Positions 13,227 through 26,680 of a stretch of DNA of 64,000 nucleotides are shown in pieces (position 1 is the stretch's first letter; each line of letters begins with the position of its first letter). The stretch is from assembly GCA_002269645.1 (NCBI GenBank), contig NIVC01000382.1, positions 372,001 to 436,000 on the forward strand. Direction: 5' to 3'. The DNA is from Macrostomum lignano (taxonomy: Eukaryota). The notes beneath the pieces were generated by a model. It was given only the letters and a program-made list of their open reading frames with translations, made no database searches and was not told where the DNA came from. Made by a program: the position numbers and the translations under genes.

Positions 13227-14774
13227 CTTGTAGACCTGACTGTCCCGAGCCACACTCTCTAGAAAGCTGATGTCGATGGGCGAGACTGGAAAGGCCGGCG
13301 GATTGTCGTTCTCATCCTGGATGCTGACGTAGACTGTAGCGGAACTGCTGAGCGACGGCGTGCCAGCGTCGCTGCACTCAATCGACACGGTGTACTGGCT
13401 AATTAGTTCTCGATCAAACGATCTATTAGCGTACAGATTGTAGATTTTATTATCCCTATTGTTCAGCTTGACCTCCAGGTAGAAAACTTGTCGCAGCTCG
13501 GATGGTCCAACCTGGCAGGTGACCGCCCCGTTGAGTCCGGGATCCCGATCGGAGACGTCCAGGGTGTGGATAAACAAAGGCACCGGGTTATTTTCAATGA
13601 CGGATTTGTACTGATTGTCCAGATTGATTCTCGGACGGTTGTCATTGGCGTCTAGCACGTTGACGGTGACTGTGGCGGTGACGCTGAAGGCCGGCTTGCC
13701 ATTGTCTATGGCCGCAACCAGCAGCAAGTGCTGGCTAGCAGTCTCGTAGTCAAGTCCGTTGACGCGTCTCAAAGTGACCTCGCCGATAGAGTTGACGGCG
13801 AACAGTGGGTCGTCTCGGAGAAGCCGGTAGTGCACCAGGCCGAAGTCGCTGTCGGCGTCAGTGGCCGAGAGTCGCAGCAGCAGAGCTGGTGGGTTGGCCT
13901 CGGACACGTTCACGACAAAGACCTGACTAGGCGACCAGACTGGCGAGTTGTCGTTGTGATCGTGCACCCGCACGGTCAGGGTTGCAGTGGCCGTTGCACC
14001 GCCAAGTCTGCTGGACGCAGCGATGCAGAACCGGTAGCGGGACACGGTCTCCTTGTCCAGATGGCGCATCAGCTGCAGCTCGTATTCAGGAGGTCCCACG
14101 AATGAGGCGGTGGAAGACTGCTTCCTGACCAGCGAAAATGTCTTGTCGTATGCCGGATCGCCCGGTGAACACGGCGTCAAGCTGTAGACCAGCTGGCAGG
14201 TGGCGTGGCCGCCCTGATCCAAGTCCACAGCTCGCGGAAGCGGTATAGCGTGGCCCAGAGGACTATTCTCCCAGATCTCAGCCTCGGACAGAGACCGGTC
14301 AAACTTCGGCGACGAATTATCAATGTCGAGTACATCGATCAGCAGCTCTAGAATGAGCAGCTCGGCCGGGTTGTCCGAATCCCTGATCTGGACCAGGCCG
14401 GATATCTGGCACGAGTCGGCCGGGTCCGAGTCGGAACAAGCCAGCGTCGAGATAGACGGAGGGCACAGCAGTTCGCGTCTCAGCTGAGACACCAACCGCA
14501 GTTCACCTGTTGACCTGTCCAGCGATAGACTTCTGGCCGCCATCGGGGGCTTCCTGACGATCAAATTGTAGGAGATGGCGGACCACTGGGGCAGTCGGTT
14601 CAGCTGCGTCAATCGGGTCGACAGATTTTCGATGTCTATCGGCAGTCGCGAGTTCGATTCATCCGAAGTCTCTCTAACGTTGAGCTGCAGTCTGAGTGGA
14701 TCGGTTTGAACTGATCTGGCGGTTGCTAGTAGCAACCAAATTAGGAGTTGATGGTGTAGCGATGCTGGCGGCAT
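13227..14774 (-). CDS. Protocadherin (7 cadherin repeats, delta1-like architecture), exon 1: signal peptide plus EC1-EC5 start. Full model: complement join(14774..13227,12386..11380,11004..10577,5791..5562,3750..3654,3064..2805), about 1189 aa
   Basis: Signal peptide LLIWLLLATARS; repeated DxNDNxPxF linkers (DIDNSSPKF, DHNDNSPVW, DANDNRPRI, DENDNPPAF), LDKE/LDYE/FDRE and AxDxD motifs; donor AAG|GTAAGT. All six exon phases are mutually consistent. Confidence 0.93.
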
Positions 14775-14839
14775 GACTAGAGAGACTGGCGTTGCCCCTG
14801 GTTACTGAAATTATGATGGGAAGACTGTTTATGCAGGAT

Positions 14840-15305
14840 ATTTCTCACTGAGATTATCGAGAGATTCTCACTGAGATTATCGAGAGTCTCACTGAGATGA
14901 TCGGGAGATTCTCTCTGAGATGATCGGGAGATTCTCACTGAGATAATCGGGAGATTCTCACTTAGATGTTAAGAGATTCTCACTGAGATTATGAAGAGAT
15001 TCCCGCTGAGATGATCGGGAGATTCTCACTGAGATTATGAAGAGAGTCCTACTGAGATTATCGAGAGATTCTCACTGAGATGATCGGGAGATTCTCACTG
15101 AGATTATCGAGAGATTCTCACTGAGATGATCGGGAGATTCTCACTGAGATTATCACCGAGATTCTCACTGAGATTATCAAGAGATTCTCACTGAGATTAT
15201 CAAGATATTTTCCCTGAGATTATCACCGAGATTCTCACTGAGATTATCGAGAGATTCTCACTTAGATTTTGAGAGATTCTCACTGAGATGATCACCGAGA
15301 TTCAT
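14840..15305. repeat. About 21-bp minisatellite (gagattctcactgagattatc)
   Basis: About 22 degenerate copies. Confidence 0.88.
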
Positions 15306-15919
15306 TTAGAGATAAATGTGACACAGGAAAATACTAGTGGGTCTATTTTATACCCCATAGTCAGTCACGAGAAGATCCCAGCAGTGAAACTCAACCCTAA
15401 TTACTTATCCCAAAATATTGCTGGTTTAGTAGATTTGGTAGATTTGCCCCGGACAAGCGCAGCCTAATGACCCGACCAGCATGAATATAATAAATATGCA
15501 TACAAGGTTAGAGAACACTTATTATATTACCTCCAATCGGATTACTATTGAAGTGAGCATCAGTGAGACGCAGGGTTTGCTCCACAATTCCACTTGACCG
15601 AACTTGACGAAGGGGCTGAGCCCGCGGATAAATATATTGGGGATTAATTCAGATGTTATCTCATTCCATCTTACAGTCAATCATGTAGCTGAATGCTTTC
15701 AAGGTATCCGATGACCTTAAACACCTTTATAGTATCATTGCTTGCCTCCGTGAAGATATTTGCAGTTCTGCAGATATGATAAATATTTGGATATATGAAT
15801 ATAATTGTATTGCATTGAGTCTCGGCTGCAGACTGAGAGCTCATTTGAGCTAATCATATTATAGATGAAGTTTTTGATAAATAGATCGCAACTGATGCGC
15901 TGGAATGCCTCATTCGAGA

Positions 15920-18900
15920 CAGGGAATAGTCACTCTATTCTCACTCAGTCAGTCATTCTATTCTCACTCATTCAGTCATTCTATTCTTACTCATTCAGTC
16001 ACTCTATTCTCACTCATTCAGTCACTCTATTCTCACTCATTCAGTCACTCTATTCTCACTCAGTCAGTCATTCTATTCTCACTCATTCAGTCATTCTATT
16101 CTTACTCATTCAGTCACTCTATTCTCACTCATTCAGTCACTCTATTCTCACTCATTCAGTCACTCTATTCTCACTCATTCAGTCACTCTATTCTCACTCA
16201 TTTAGTCACTCAATTCTCACTCATTCAGTCACTCTATTCTCACTCATTCAGTCACTCTATTCTCACTCAATCAGTCATTCTATTCTCACTCATTCAGTCA
16301 CTCAATTCTCACTCATTCAGTCACTCTATTCTCACTCATTCAGTAACTCTATTCTCACTCATTCAGTCACTCTATTCTCACTCATTCAGTCACTCAATTC
16401 TCACTCATTCAGTCACTCAATTCTCACTCATTCAGTCACTCTATTCTCACTCATTCAGTCACTCTATTCTCACTCACTCAGTCACTCAATTCTCACTCAT
16501 TCAGTCACTCAATTCTCACTCATTCAGTCACTCTATTCTCACTCATTCAGTCACTCTATTCTCACTCATTCAGTCACTCAATTCTCACTCATTCAGTCAC
16601 TCTTTTCTCACTCATTCAGTCACTCTATTCTCACCAATTCAGTCACTCCATTCTCACTCATTCAGTCACTCTATTCTCACTCATTCAGTCACTCTATTCT
16701 CACTCATTCAGTCACTCAATTCTCACTCATTCAGTCACTCTATTCTCACTCATTCAGTCACTCAATTCTCACTCATTCAGTCACTCTATTCTCACTCAAT
16801 CAGTCACTCTATTCTCACTCATTCAGTCACTCAATTCTCACTCATTCAGTCACTCCATTCTCACTCATTCAGTCACTCTATTCTCTTTCATTCAGTCACT
16901 CAATTCTCACTCATTCAGTCACTCTTTTCTCACCAATTCAGTCACTCAATTCTCACTCATTCAGTCACTCTATTCTCACTCATTCAGTCACTCTATTCTC
17001 ACTCATTCAGTCACTCTATTCTCACTCATTCAGTCACTCTATTCTCACCAATTCAGTCACTCTATTCTCACTCAATCAGTCACTCTATTCTCACTCATTC
17101 AGTCACTCTATTCTCACTCATTCAGTCACTCAATTCTCACTCAATCAGTCACTCTATTCTCACTCATTCAGTCACTCAATTCTCACTCATTCAGTCACTC
17201 AATTCTCACTCATTCAGTCACTCAATTCTCACTCATTCAGTCATTCTATTCTCACTCATTCAGTCACTCTATTCTCACTCATTCAGTCACTCAATTCTCA
17301 CTCATTCAGTCACTCTATTCTCACTCATTCAGTCACTCTATTCTCACTTATTCAGTCACTTTATTCTCACTCATTCAGTCACTCTATTCTCACTCATTCA
17401 GTCATTCTATTCTCACTTATTCAGTCACTCTATTCTCACTCATTCAGTCACTCTATTCTCACTCATTCAGTCACTCTATTCTCACTTAATCAGTCATTCT
17501 ATTCTCACTCATTCAGTCACTCAATTCTCACTCATTCAGTCACTCCATTTTCACCAATTCATTCACTCTATTCTCACTCAATCAGTCACTCTATTCTCAC
17601 TCATTCAGTCACTCTATTCTCACTCATTCAGTCACTCTATTCTCACTCATTTAGTCACTCAATTCTCACTCATTCAGTAACTCTATTCTCACTTATTCAG
17701 TCACTCTATTCTCACTCATTCAGTCACTCTATTCTCACTCAATCAGTCATTCTATTCTCACTCATTCAGTCACTCTATTCTCACTCAATCAGTCACTCTA
17801 TTCTCACTCATTCAGTCACTCAATTCTCACTCATTCAGTCACTCTATTCTCACTCAATCAGTCACTCTATTCTCACTCATTCAGTCACTCAATTCTCACT
17901 CATTCAGTCACTCCATTCTCACTCATTCAGTCACTCTATTCTCTTTCATTCAGTCACTCAATTCTCACTCATTCAGTCACTCTTTTCTCACCAATTCAGT
18001 CACTCTATTCTCACTCATTCAGTCACTCTATTCTCACTCATTCAGTCACTCTATTCTCACTCATTCAGTCACTCTATTCTCACTCATTCAGTCACTCTAT
18101 TCTCACCAATTCAGTCACTCTATTCTCACTCAATCAGTCACTCTATTCTCACTCATTCAGTCACTCAATTCTCACTCATTCAGTCACTCAATTCTCACTC
18201 AATCAGTCACTCTATTCTCACTCATTCAGTCACTCTATTCTCACTCATTCAGTCACTCAATTCTCACTCATTCAGTCACTCTATTCTCACTCATTCAGTC
18301 ATTCTATTCTCACTCATTCAGTCACTCTATTCTCACTCATTCAGTCACTCAATTCTCACTCATTCAGTCACTCTATTCTCACTCATCCAGTCACTCTATT
18401 CTCACTCATTCAGTCACTCAATTCTCACTCATTCAGTCACTCTATTCTCACTCAATCAGTCACTCTATTCTCACTCATTCAGTCACTCTATTCTCACTCA
18501 TTCAGTCACTCTATTCTCACTCATTCAGTCACTCTATTCTCACTCATTCAGTCACTCTATTCTCACTCATTCAGTCACTCTATTCTCACTCATTCAGTCA
18601 CTCCATTCTCACTCATTCAGTCACTCTATTCTCTTTCATTCAGTCACTCAATTCTCACTCATTCAGTCACTCTTTTCTCACCAATTCAGTCACTCAATTC
18701 TCACTCATTCAGTCACTCTATTCTCACTCATTCAGTCACTCTATTCTCTTTCATTCAGTCACTCAATTCTCACTCATTCAGTCACTCTATTCTCACTCAT
18801 TCAGTCACTCTATTCTCTTTCATTCAGTCACTCAATTCTCACTCATTCAGTCACTCTATTCTCACTCATTCAGTCACTCTATTCTCACCAATTCAGTCAC

Positions 18901-19865
18901 TCTATTCTCACTCAATCAGTCACTCTATTCTCACTCATTCAGTCACTCTATTCTCACTCATTCAGTCACTCAATTCTCACTCAATCAGTCACTCTATTCT
19001 CACTCATTCAGTCACTCAATTCTCACTCATTCAGTCACTCAATTCTCACTCATTCAGTCACTCTATTCTCACTCATTCAGTCATTCTATTCTCACTCATT
19101 CAGTCACTCTATTCTCACTCAGTCAGTCACTCTATTCTCACTCATTTAGTCACTCTATTCTCACTCATTCAGTCACTCAATTCTCACTCATTCAGTCACT
19201 CAATTCTCACTCATTCAGTCACTCAATTCTCACTCAATCAGTCACTCTATTCTCACTCATTCAGTCACTCTATTCTCACTCATTCAGTCACTCTATTCTC
19301 ACTCATTCAGTCACTCTATTCTCACTCATTCAGTCACTCTATTCTCACTCATTCAGTCACTCTATTCTCACTCATTCAGTCACTCCATTCTCACTCATTC
19401 AGTCACTCTATTCTCTTTCATTCAGTCACTCTATTCTCACTCATTCAGTCACTCTATTCTCACTCATTCAGTCACTCAATTCTCACTCATTCAGTCACTC
19501 TATTCTCACTCATTCAGTCACTCTATTCTCACTTATTCAGTCACTCTATTCTCACTCATTCAGTCACTCTATTCTCACTCATTCAGTCATTCTATTCTCA
19601 CTTATTCAGTCACTCTATTCTCACCAATTCAGTCACTCTATTCTCACTCATTCAGTCACTCTATTGTCACTCATTCAGTCACTCTATTCTCACTCATTCA
19701 GTCACTCTATTCTCACTCATTCAGTCACTCTATTCTCACTCAATCAGTCACTCTATTCTCACTCATTCAGTCACTCTATTCTCACCAATTCAGTCACTCT
19801 ATTCTCACTCAATCAGTCACTCTATTCTCACCAATTCAGTCACTCTATTCTCACCAATTCAGTCA
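15920..19865. repeat. 23-bp minisatellite, about 3.9 kb (cactctattctcactcattcagt)
   Basis: About 170 copies; explains the spurious 1094-aa and 591-aa ORFs. Confidence 0.97.
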
Positions 19866-20332
19866 CATTTTATCCCTCACAGCTGGTTTGGATGAAGCTT
19901 CAGTAGATTTAAAGGAGGCTGGAGATGCTGGTGGGTTTATCCAGATCAGCTCTGACCCAAATTCAAGACTCATCTCAATTTCCTATCGCCTCCACTTTTT
20001 TGACTCTCAAAGGCGGCCGTCACAATGAGATGCAGATCCGCACCAGCATGCGGGTTTTTTCGAATTTTGGAAAACTGGCATGATTGGGGGGGAATACGAG
20101 CTTAAAAAAGCCTGTCCGAGATCTGGGCGAAAAAAATAATTTTACCTCAAAATTTTCGAATAATAATTATTCGATACGAAAACTATGAATAATTAGCCGC
20201 CTTGGAGGTTGGCATCGAAAGACTTTTTTTGCGATTTCCAGAGCTGAACTTTTCCTGCATCTTTTAAAGTGATTCATGTAGTGACAAAGCCTTTAAAATC
20301 CTCAATTATGGCGGATTCTGGCGCCTGATGGA

Positions 20333-21005
20333 CTCAAATGTGGCGCCTTCTCCCAAAAACTCAATTTGGCGCCTTCTCCGAAGGACTCAAATGTGGCACC
20401 TTCTCCCAAGGACTCAAATGTGGCGCCTTCTCCCAAGGACTCAAATGTGGCGCCTTCTCCCAAGGACTCTAATTTGCAGGCGCCTTCTCCCAAGGACTCA
20501 AATGTGGCGCCTTTTCCCAAGGACTCAAATGTGGCGCCTTCTCCCAAGGACTCAAATTTGCAAGCGCCTTCTCCCAAGGACTCAAATGTGGCGCCTTCTC
20601 CCAAGGACTCAAATTTGCAGGCGCCTTCTCCCAAGGACTCAAATGTGGCGCCTTCTCCCAAGGACTCAAATGTGGCGCCTTCTCCCGAGGACTCAAATTT
20701 GCAGGCGCCTTCTCCCAAGGACTCAAATATAGCGCCTTCTCCCAAGGACTCAAATATAGCGCCTTCTCCCAAGGACTCAAATTTGCAAGCGCCTTCTCCC
20801 AAGGACTCAAATGTGGCGCCTTCTCCCAAGGACTCAAATGTGGCGCCTTCTCCCAAGGACTCAAATTTGCAGGCGCCTTCTCCCAAGGACTCAAATATAG
20901 CGCCTTCTCCCAAGGAGTCAAATGTTGTGCCTTCTCCCAAGGACTCAAATTTGCAGGCGCCTTCTCCCAAGGACTCAAATGTGGCGCCTTCTCCCGAGGA
21001 CTCAA
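20333..21005. repeat. 27/33-bp minisatellite (ggcgccttctcccaaggactcaaatgt)
   Basis: About 23 copies in two length variants. Confidence 0.93.
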
Positions 21006-21806
21006 ACGTGACGTATTCACATAACCTCTTGCTTAGAAGAAAAAAATTGAAACAAACATTCTCGAATTATATAAAAATTCGCATAGACGACAGAACCGCT
21101 AAAATACGTGTTTGGAATGGCAACGCTCCCAATGAATGCTAACGATATGTAAATATTGCTCTTCTGATGAGATAAGATAAAAAAGCCACAATTTTGTTAT
21201 AATTCGGCTTTATCTTGTCCTGACCACGCTCGAACCGACTTGAACTCCAACCCAAGCCGGGGAGAACCAACTGCTGGTATAGCCATCCTTCAGGCACATA
21301 AGGATGCTTCACTTTTTGAATGATGCCTAAAGATTTATGGAAAGTCAGATGAGTGCCAGCCCTGATCCCAAAAGTCTCCAATCCAGATCTTCGTTCGAAA
21401 TCTCCTTGATCTTCAATTCTCAGACAGCGGAGAGAACGGAGAAACAAAAATCGAGTTGGTCACTTGCTACCGCCAAGTTCGTGCAGATCTTGGCGCTTTT
21501 CTTATTTCAGAAATTTCTTGTCCTGGCATATATGGGATATTGGTTGCCGATCGACAGGCGAGTTCTGCGCAACTCATTGATCGGTTGAGAGGGAAGAATT
21601 ATAGAAGAGAAGGAAATCTTCATCGAGAGGGATATCTGCATCGGGTATCTGCATATCGATAAATGTCCAGCGATCATTATTCGACAAGATGGGCTCATCG
21701 GATATAATCTAACTTAATTCCGTTCAGATCGGATTTGCCGCGAGCGGAACCTTTAATAGAAACTCATGGACTGCATTTTGCTGCGATATTGATGAGGGAC
21801 AGGCTC

Positions 21807-22883
21807 CACTAAAGAATCAGGGAGGGTATAGCGGCACCCACTGAAGAATCAGGGAGGGTATAGCGGCACCCACTGAAGAATCAGGGAGGGTATAGCGGCA
21901 CACACTGAAGAATCAGGGAGGGTATAGCGGCACACACTGAAGAATCAGGGAGGGTATAGCGGCACACACTGAAGAATCAGGGAGGGTATAGCGGCACACA
22001 CTGAAGAATCAGGGAGGGTATAGCGGCACACACTGAAGAATCAGGGAGGGTATAGCGGCACACACTGAAGAATTAGGGAGGGTATAGCGGCACACACTGA
22101 AGAATCAGGGAGGGTATAGCGGCACACACTGAAGAATCAGGGAGGGTATAGCGGCACACACTGAAGAATCAGGGAGGGTATAGCGGCACACACTGAAGAA
22201 TCAGGGAGGGTATAGCGGCACACACTGAAGAATCAGGGAGGGTATAGCGGCACACACTGAAGAATCAGGGAGGGTATAGCGGCACACACTGAAGAATCAG
22301 GGAGGGTATAGCGGCACACACTGAAGAATCAGGGAGGGTATAGCGGCACACACTGAAGAATCAGGGAGGGTATAGCGGCACACACTGAAGAATCAGGGAG
22401 GGTATAGCGGCACACACTGAAGAATCAGGGAGGGTATAGCGGCAGGCACTGAAGAATCAGGGAGGGTATAGCGGCACCCACTGAAGAATCAGGGAGGGTA
22501 TAGCGGCACACACTGAAGAATCAGGGAGGGTAAAGCGGCACCCACTGAAGAATCAGGGAGGGTATAGCGGCACACACTGAAGAATCAGGGAGGGTATAGC
22601 GGCACACACTGAAGAATCAGGGAGGGTATAGCGGCACACACTGAAGAATCAGGGAGGATATAGCGGCACACACTGAAGAATCAGGGAGGGTATAGCGGCA
22701 CACACTGAAGAATCAGGGAGGATATAGCGGCACACACTGAAGAATCAGGGAGGGTATAGCGGCACACACTGAAGAATCAGGGAGGGTATAGCGGCACACA
22801 CTGAAGAATCAGGGAGGGTATAGCGGCACACACTGAAGAATCAGGGAGGGTATAGCGGCAGGCACTGAAGAATCAGGGAGGGT
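21807..22883. repeat. Highly homogeneous 32-bp tandem array (ctgaagaatcagggagggtatagcggcacaca)
   Basis: About 33 head-to-tail copies with no spacers. Confidence 0.96.
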
Positions 22884-24002
22884 AACAATGTGAATTGGGC
22901 CTTCCAATTTAAAAGCTTGAGTTTGAAAATGAACTTTGAAGAAGTTTGGGCGGTGCGCGAAGCTATTGAACTGGACTGACTTGGAGTTTGACTGACTCAA
23001 CAGTCCAGGCTGGTTGGCTGACTGACTGACTGGCTGAAGTGGATTTCGTTCAGAAATTCTTACAGGTTCCTACAGGTCGCTAGCCGCCACCCCACCCCCC
23101 CCTCCCCAGCTTCCAAGTCCCCAACTAACTGCATCTTCAAGCGAGGAGGGCCGGGGGGGGCACTTCAAACCTAAAAAGCTGCTTTGCTTCGTGCTGCTTT
23201 CCGTCATGACTCGTGAGATGAGTTGGAGAGCTCAGCCAACCAACCCAGCCGTGCACACACATACATATGACATTGCAATCCAGAACACTCCTAGAGGTAC
23301 CTTCCAGCAGTTTGTTCCAAAGCGATGAGAGAGGCAGTAAGGAGAAGTTATGCCCGCTAGAGCCGCTAAACTATAATATTAGTTGAAGATTTCTGAATAA
23401 ATATTTTATTGCTTCAAGGAGCAGAGGAGGCTGTTAGAAGTGGCTGCACGCCTCTCTTCCCGGGAGCCAGCAAAATTATGGAATTCATATAGAAAAAACC
23501 GGGAAAAACTCCAAGAGGAGAACAACCAAGAATTTCTCCCATTTTTTCTCTTTTTGTTGCCTCTAAAGACTTGCTAATTAAATAAAATTTGTACCGCAAA
23601 CTGCCTGCTGCCACCCATGCTGCTTTGACTGTTTTTGAAGAGAGAAAGAAGTCTAGTCTTCCAAAAGGAAGAGGAATGAATTTCTTCTTGGAGTCTGCAC
23701 CGCTGCTTGCATGACTCATCGCTCACTGAGCCATTCATACCCGGCCCTCTGCCTCCCATACTCCCAGAGTCCCAACCAGAGATCTTTCTGCTTTTCTAAT
23801 TGAATTTCGGCCTCCTGCCTTATTACAGAATTTATTAATTGGCTTTGACAAAAGCCTCCAACTAATAGAGAGAGGCCGGACAAGGGCCTTGTTTGCTTCT
23901 GGGAGACATGAAGGCTTTGGGATTTTGTCAGGTGAGAATATTTAAATCATCATGCTTTTTGGATTCGCTGGGATCTGGGAAAGCGCGATGGCAAAGCAAC
24001 TG

Positions 24003-24575
24003 AGAATCTGGGAGGCTGGCAGCCCAGCAACTGAGGATCTGGGAGGCTGGCAGCCCAGCAACTGAGGATCTGGGAGGCTGGCAGCCCAGCAACTGAGGAT
24101 CTGGGAGGCTGGCAGCCCAGCAACTGAGGATCTGGGAGGCTGGCCCAGCAACTGAGGATCTGGGGGGCTGGCCTTAGCAACTGGGGATCTGGGAGGCTGG
24201 CCCAGCAACTGAGGATCTGGGATGCTGGCCCAGAGACGGGGGATCTGGGAGGCTAGTGGTCCAGCAACTGGGGATCTGGGAGGCTAGTGGTCCAGCAACT
24301 GGGGATCTGGGAGGCTAGTGGTCCAGCAACTGGGGATCTGGGAGGCTGGCCTTAGCAACTGAGGATCTGGGAGGCTGGCCCAGCAGCCGAGGATCTGGGA
24401 GGCTGGCCCAGCAGCCGAGGATCTGGGAGGCTGGCCCAGCAGCCGAGGATCTGGGAGGCTGGCCCAGCAGCCGAGGATCTGGGAGGCTGGCCCAGCAGCC
24501 GAGGATCTGGGAGGCTGGCCCAGAGACGGGGGATCTGGGATGCTGGCCCAGAGAGGGGATCTGGGAGGTTGGCCC
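24003..24575 (-). repeat. 28-bp minisatellite, reverse complement of the array at 1121-1312
   Basis: Unit ggatctgggaggctggcccagcaactga is the reverse complement of the UPF2 3' UTR unit. Confidence 0.9.
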
Positions 24576-25134
24576 AATTGTCACGAGAATGGATGCCAGC
24601 TGACTACCCAGTTCGCTGCGCTAAACTCAAACATATTTCATTTGCCGGAATGGCAATAGCAGTGCAAACAAAGGATACAAATGTCTGAGCAGGCCCAGCT
24701 TCCTACCAGACTCGCCCGAACGAATCCAGGGTTTTTTGTTAATTCAGCTTGGCAACACGTCACTCATTCATGGAGAGCTCCTCCTTATATTGCTTAGCAG
24801 TAAAAAACAGAAATTTTAGAAAATAAGCAGTAGGAAACTACGCATCAATGCTGTTGGAAGTTCAGAGACCGTGCAAGGAGTCTAGCGGAGAGATGCTGCA
24901 GATGATGAGGCTCCACCCAAAGCACGACTCGGTTCGCCTGGCTGAATCCGTCGGTTGCAACAAAAACAAAGGAGGCTGCATGATGAAGCATTTTACGGGC
25001 CTCTTCTGTCGGAACATCTCTCCCGATGCAGGGTTTGCTCAGAGCATGCAATACAACATGCCGTTCGCGTCAATGTTTTGAAGAAGCCGCTTAGTGGGCC
25101 TTGAAAACCTGGGAGGTACTTTTGTACACTTTCA

Positions 25135-26680
25135 GACCCTCAGTTTCTCAGAGCCCTCAGTTTCACAAAACCCTCAGCTTCACGAAACCTTTAGCTTCAC
25201 GAAACCCTCAGTTTCACAAAACCCTCAGTTTCACAAAACCCTTAGCTTCACAAAACCCTCAGTTTCACAAAACCCTCAGTTTCACAAAACCCTCAGTTTC
25301 ACAAACCCTCAGCTTCACAAAACCCTCAGTTTCACAAACCCTCAGCTTCACAAAACCCTCAGTTTCACAAAACCCTCAGCTTCACAAAACCCTTAGCTTC
25401 ACAAAACCCTCAGTTTCACAAAACCCTCAGTTTCACAAAACCCTCAGCTTCACAAAACCCTCAGTTTCACAAAACCCTCAGTTTCACAAAAACCCTCAGC
25501 TTCACAAAACCCTCAGCTTCACAAAACCCTCAGTTTCACAAAACCCTCAGTTTCACAAAACCCTCAGCTTCACAAAACCCTCAGCTTCACAAAACCCTCA
25601 GCTTCACAAAACCCTCAGTTTCACAAAAACCCTTAGCTTCACAAAACCCTCAGCTTCACAAAACCCTCAGTTTCACAAAACCCTCAGCTTCACAAAACCC
25701 TCAGTTTCACAAACCCTCAGCTTCACAAAACCCTCAGTTTCACAAACCCTCAGCTTCACAAAACCCTCAGTTTCACAAAACCCTCAGCTTCACAAAACCC
25801 TCAGCTTCACAAAACCATCAGCTTCACAAAACCCTCAGCTTCACAAAACCCTCAGCTTCACAAACCCTCAGCTTCACAAAACCCTCAGCTTCACAAAACC
25901 CTCAGTTTCACAAAACCCTCAGCTTCACAAAACCCTCAGCTTCACAAAACCATCAGCTTCACAAAACCCTCAGCTTCACAAAACCCTCAGCTTCACAAAA
26001 CCCTCAGTTTCACAAAACCCTTAGCTTCACAAAACCCTCAGTTTCACAAAACCCTTAGCTTCACAAAACCCTCAGTTTCACAAACCCTCAGCTTCACAAA
26101 ACCCTCAGTTTCACAAAACCCTCAGCTTCACAAAACCCTCAGCTTCACAAACCCTCAGCTTCACAAAACCCTCAGTTTCACAAAACCCTCAGCTTTACAA
26201 AACCCTTAGCTTCACAAAACCCTCAGTTTCACAAAACCCTCAGTTTCACAAAACCCTCAGCTTCACAAAACCCTCAGCTTCACAAAACCATCAGCTTCAC
26301 AAAACCCTCAGCTTCACAAAACCCTCAGCTTCACAAAACCCTCAGTTTCACAAAACCCTTAGCTTCACAAAACCCTCAGTTTCACAAAACCCTTAGCTTC
26401 ACAAAACCCTCAGTTTCACCAAACCCTTAGCTTCACAAAACCCTCTGTTTCACAAAACCCTCTGTTTCACAAAACCCTTAGTTTCACAAAACCCTTAGCT
26501 TCACAAAACCCTCAGTTTCACAAAACCCTCAGCTTCACAAAACCCTTAGCTTCACAAAACCCTCAGTTTCACAAAACCCTCAGCTTCACAAAACCCTCAG
26601 CTTCACAAAACCCTCAGTTTCACAAAAACCCTTAGCTTCACAAAAACTTCAGCTTCACAAAACCCTCAGTTTCACAAAAC
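25135..26680. repeat. 17-18 bp minisatellite (cttcacaaaaccctcag)
   Basis: About 85-90 copies. Confidence 0.95.

Noticed and set aside
15865-19149. 1094-aa and 591-aa ORFs, and similar ORFs at 5940, 7120, 20302, 25101, 29606, 32786, 34303, 35996-37675, 39812-40836 and 56823
   Set aside because: They are translations of stop-free tandem repeats, often open in several frames and on both strands.
19881-20030. Possible plus-strand terminal exon (GLDEASVDLKEAGDAGG...)
   Set aside because: Acceptor-like site and a short open frame only; no upstream exon or homology recognised.
21807-22883. CRISPR-like 32-bp repeat array
   Set aside because: Units are head-to-tail with no unique spacers, no cas genes are present, and the context is eukaryotic.
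24845-25110. Coding-looking segment with RVCSEH (THAP-like)
   Set aside because: Stops in the relevant frame and a single weak motif; not enough support.
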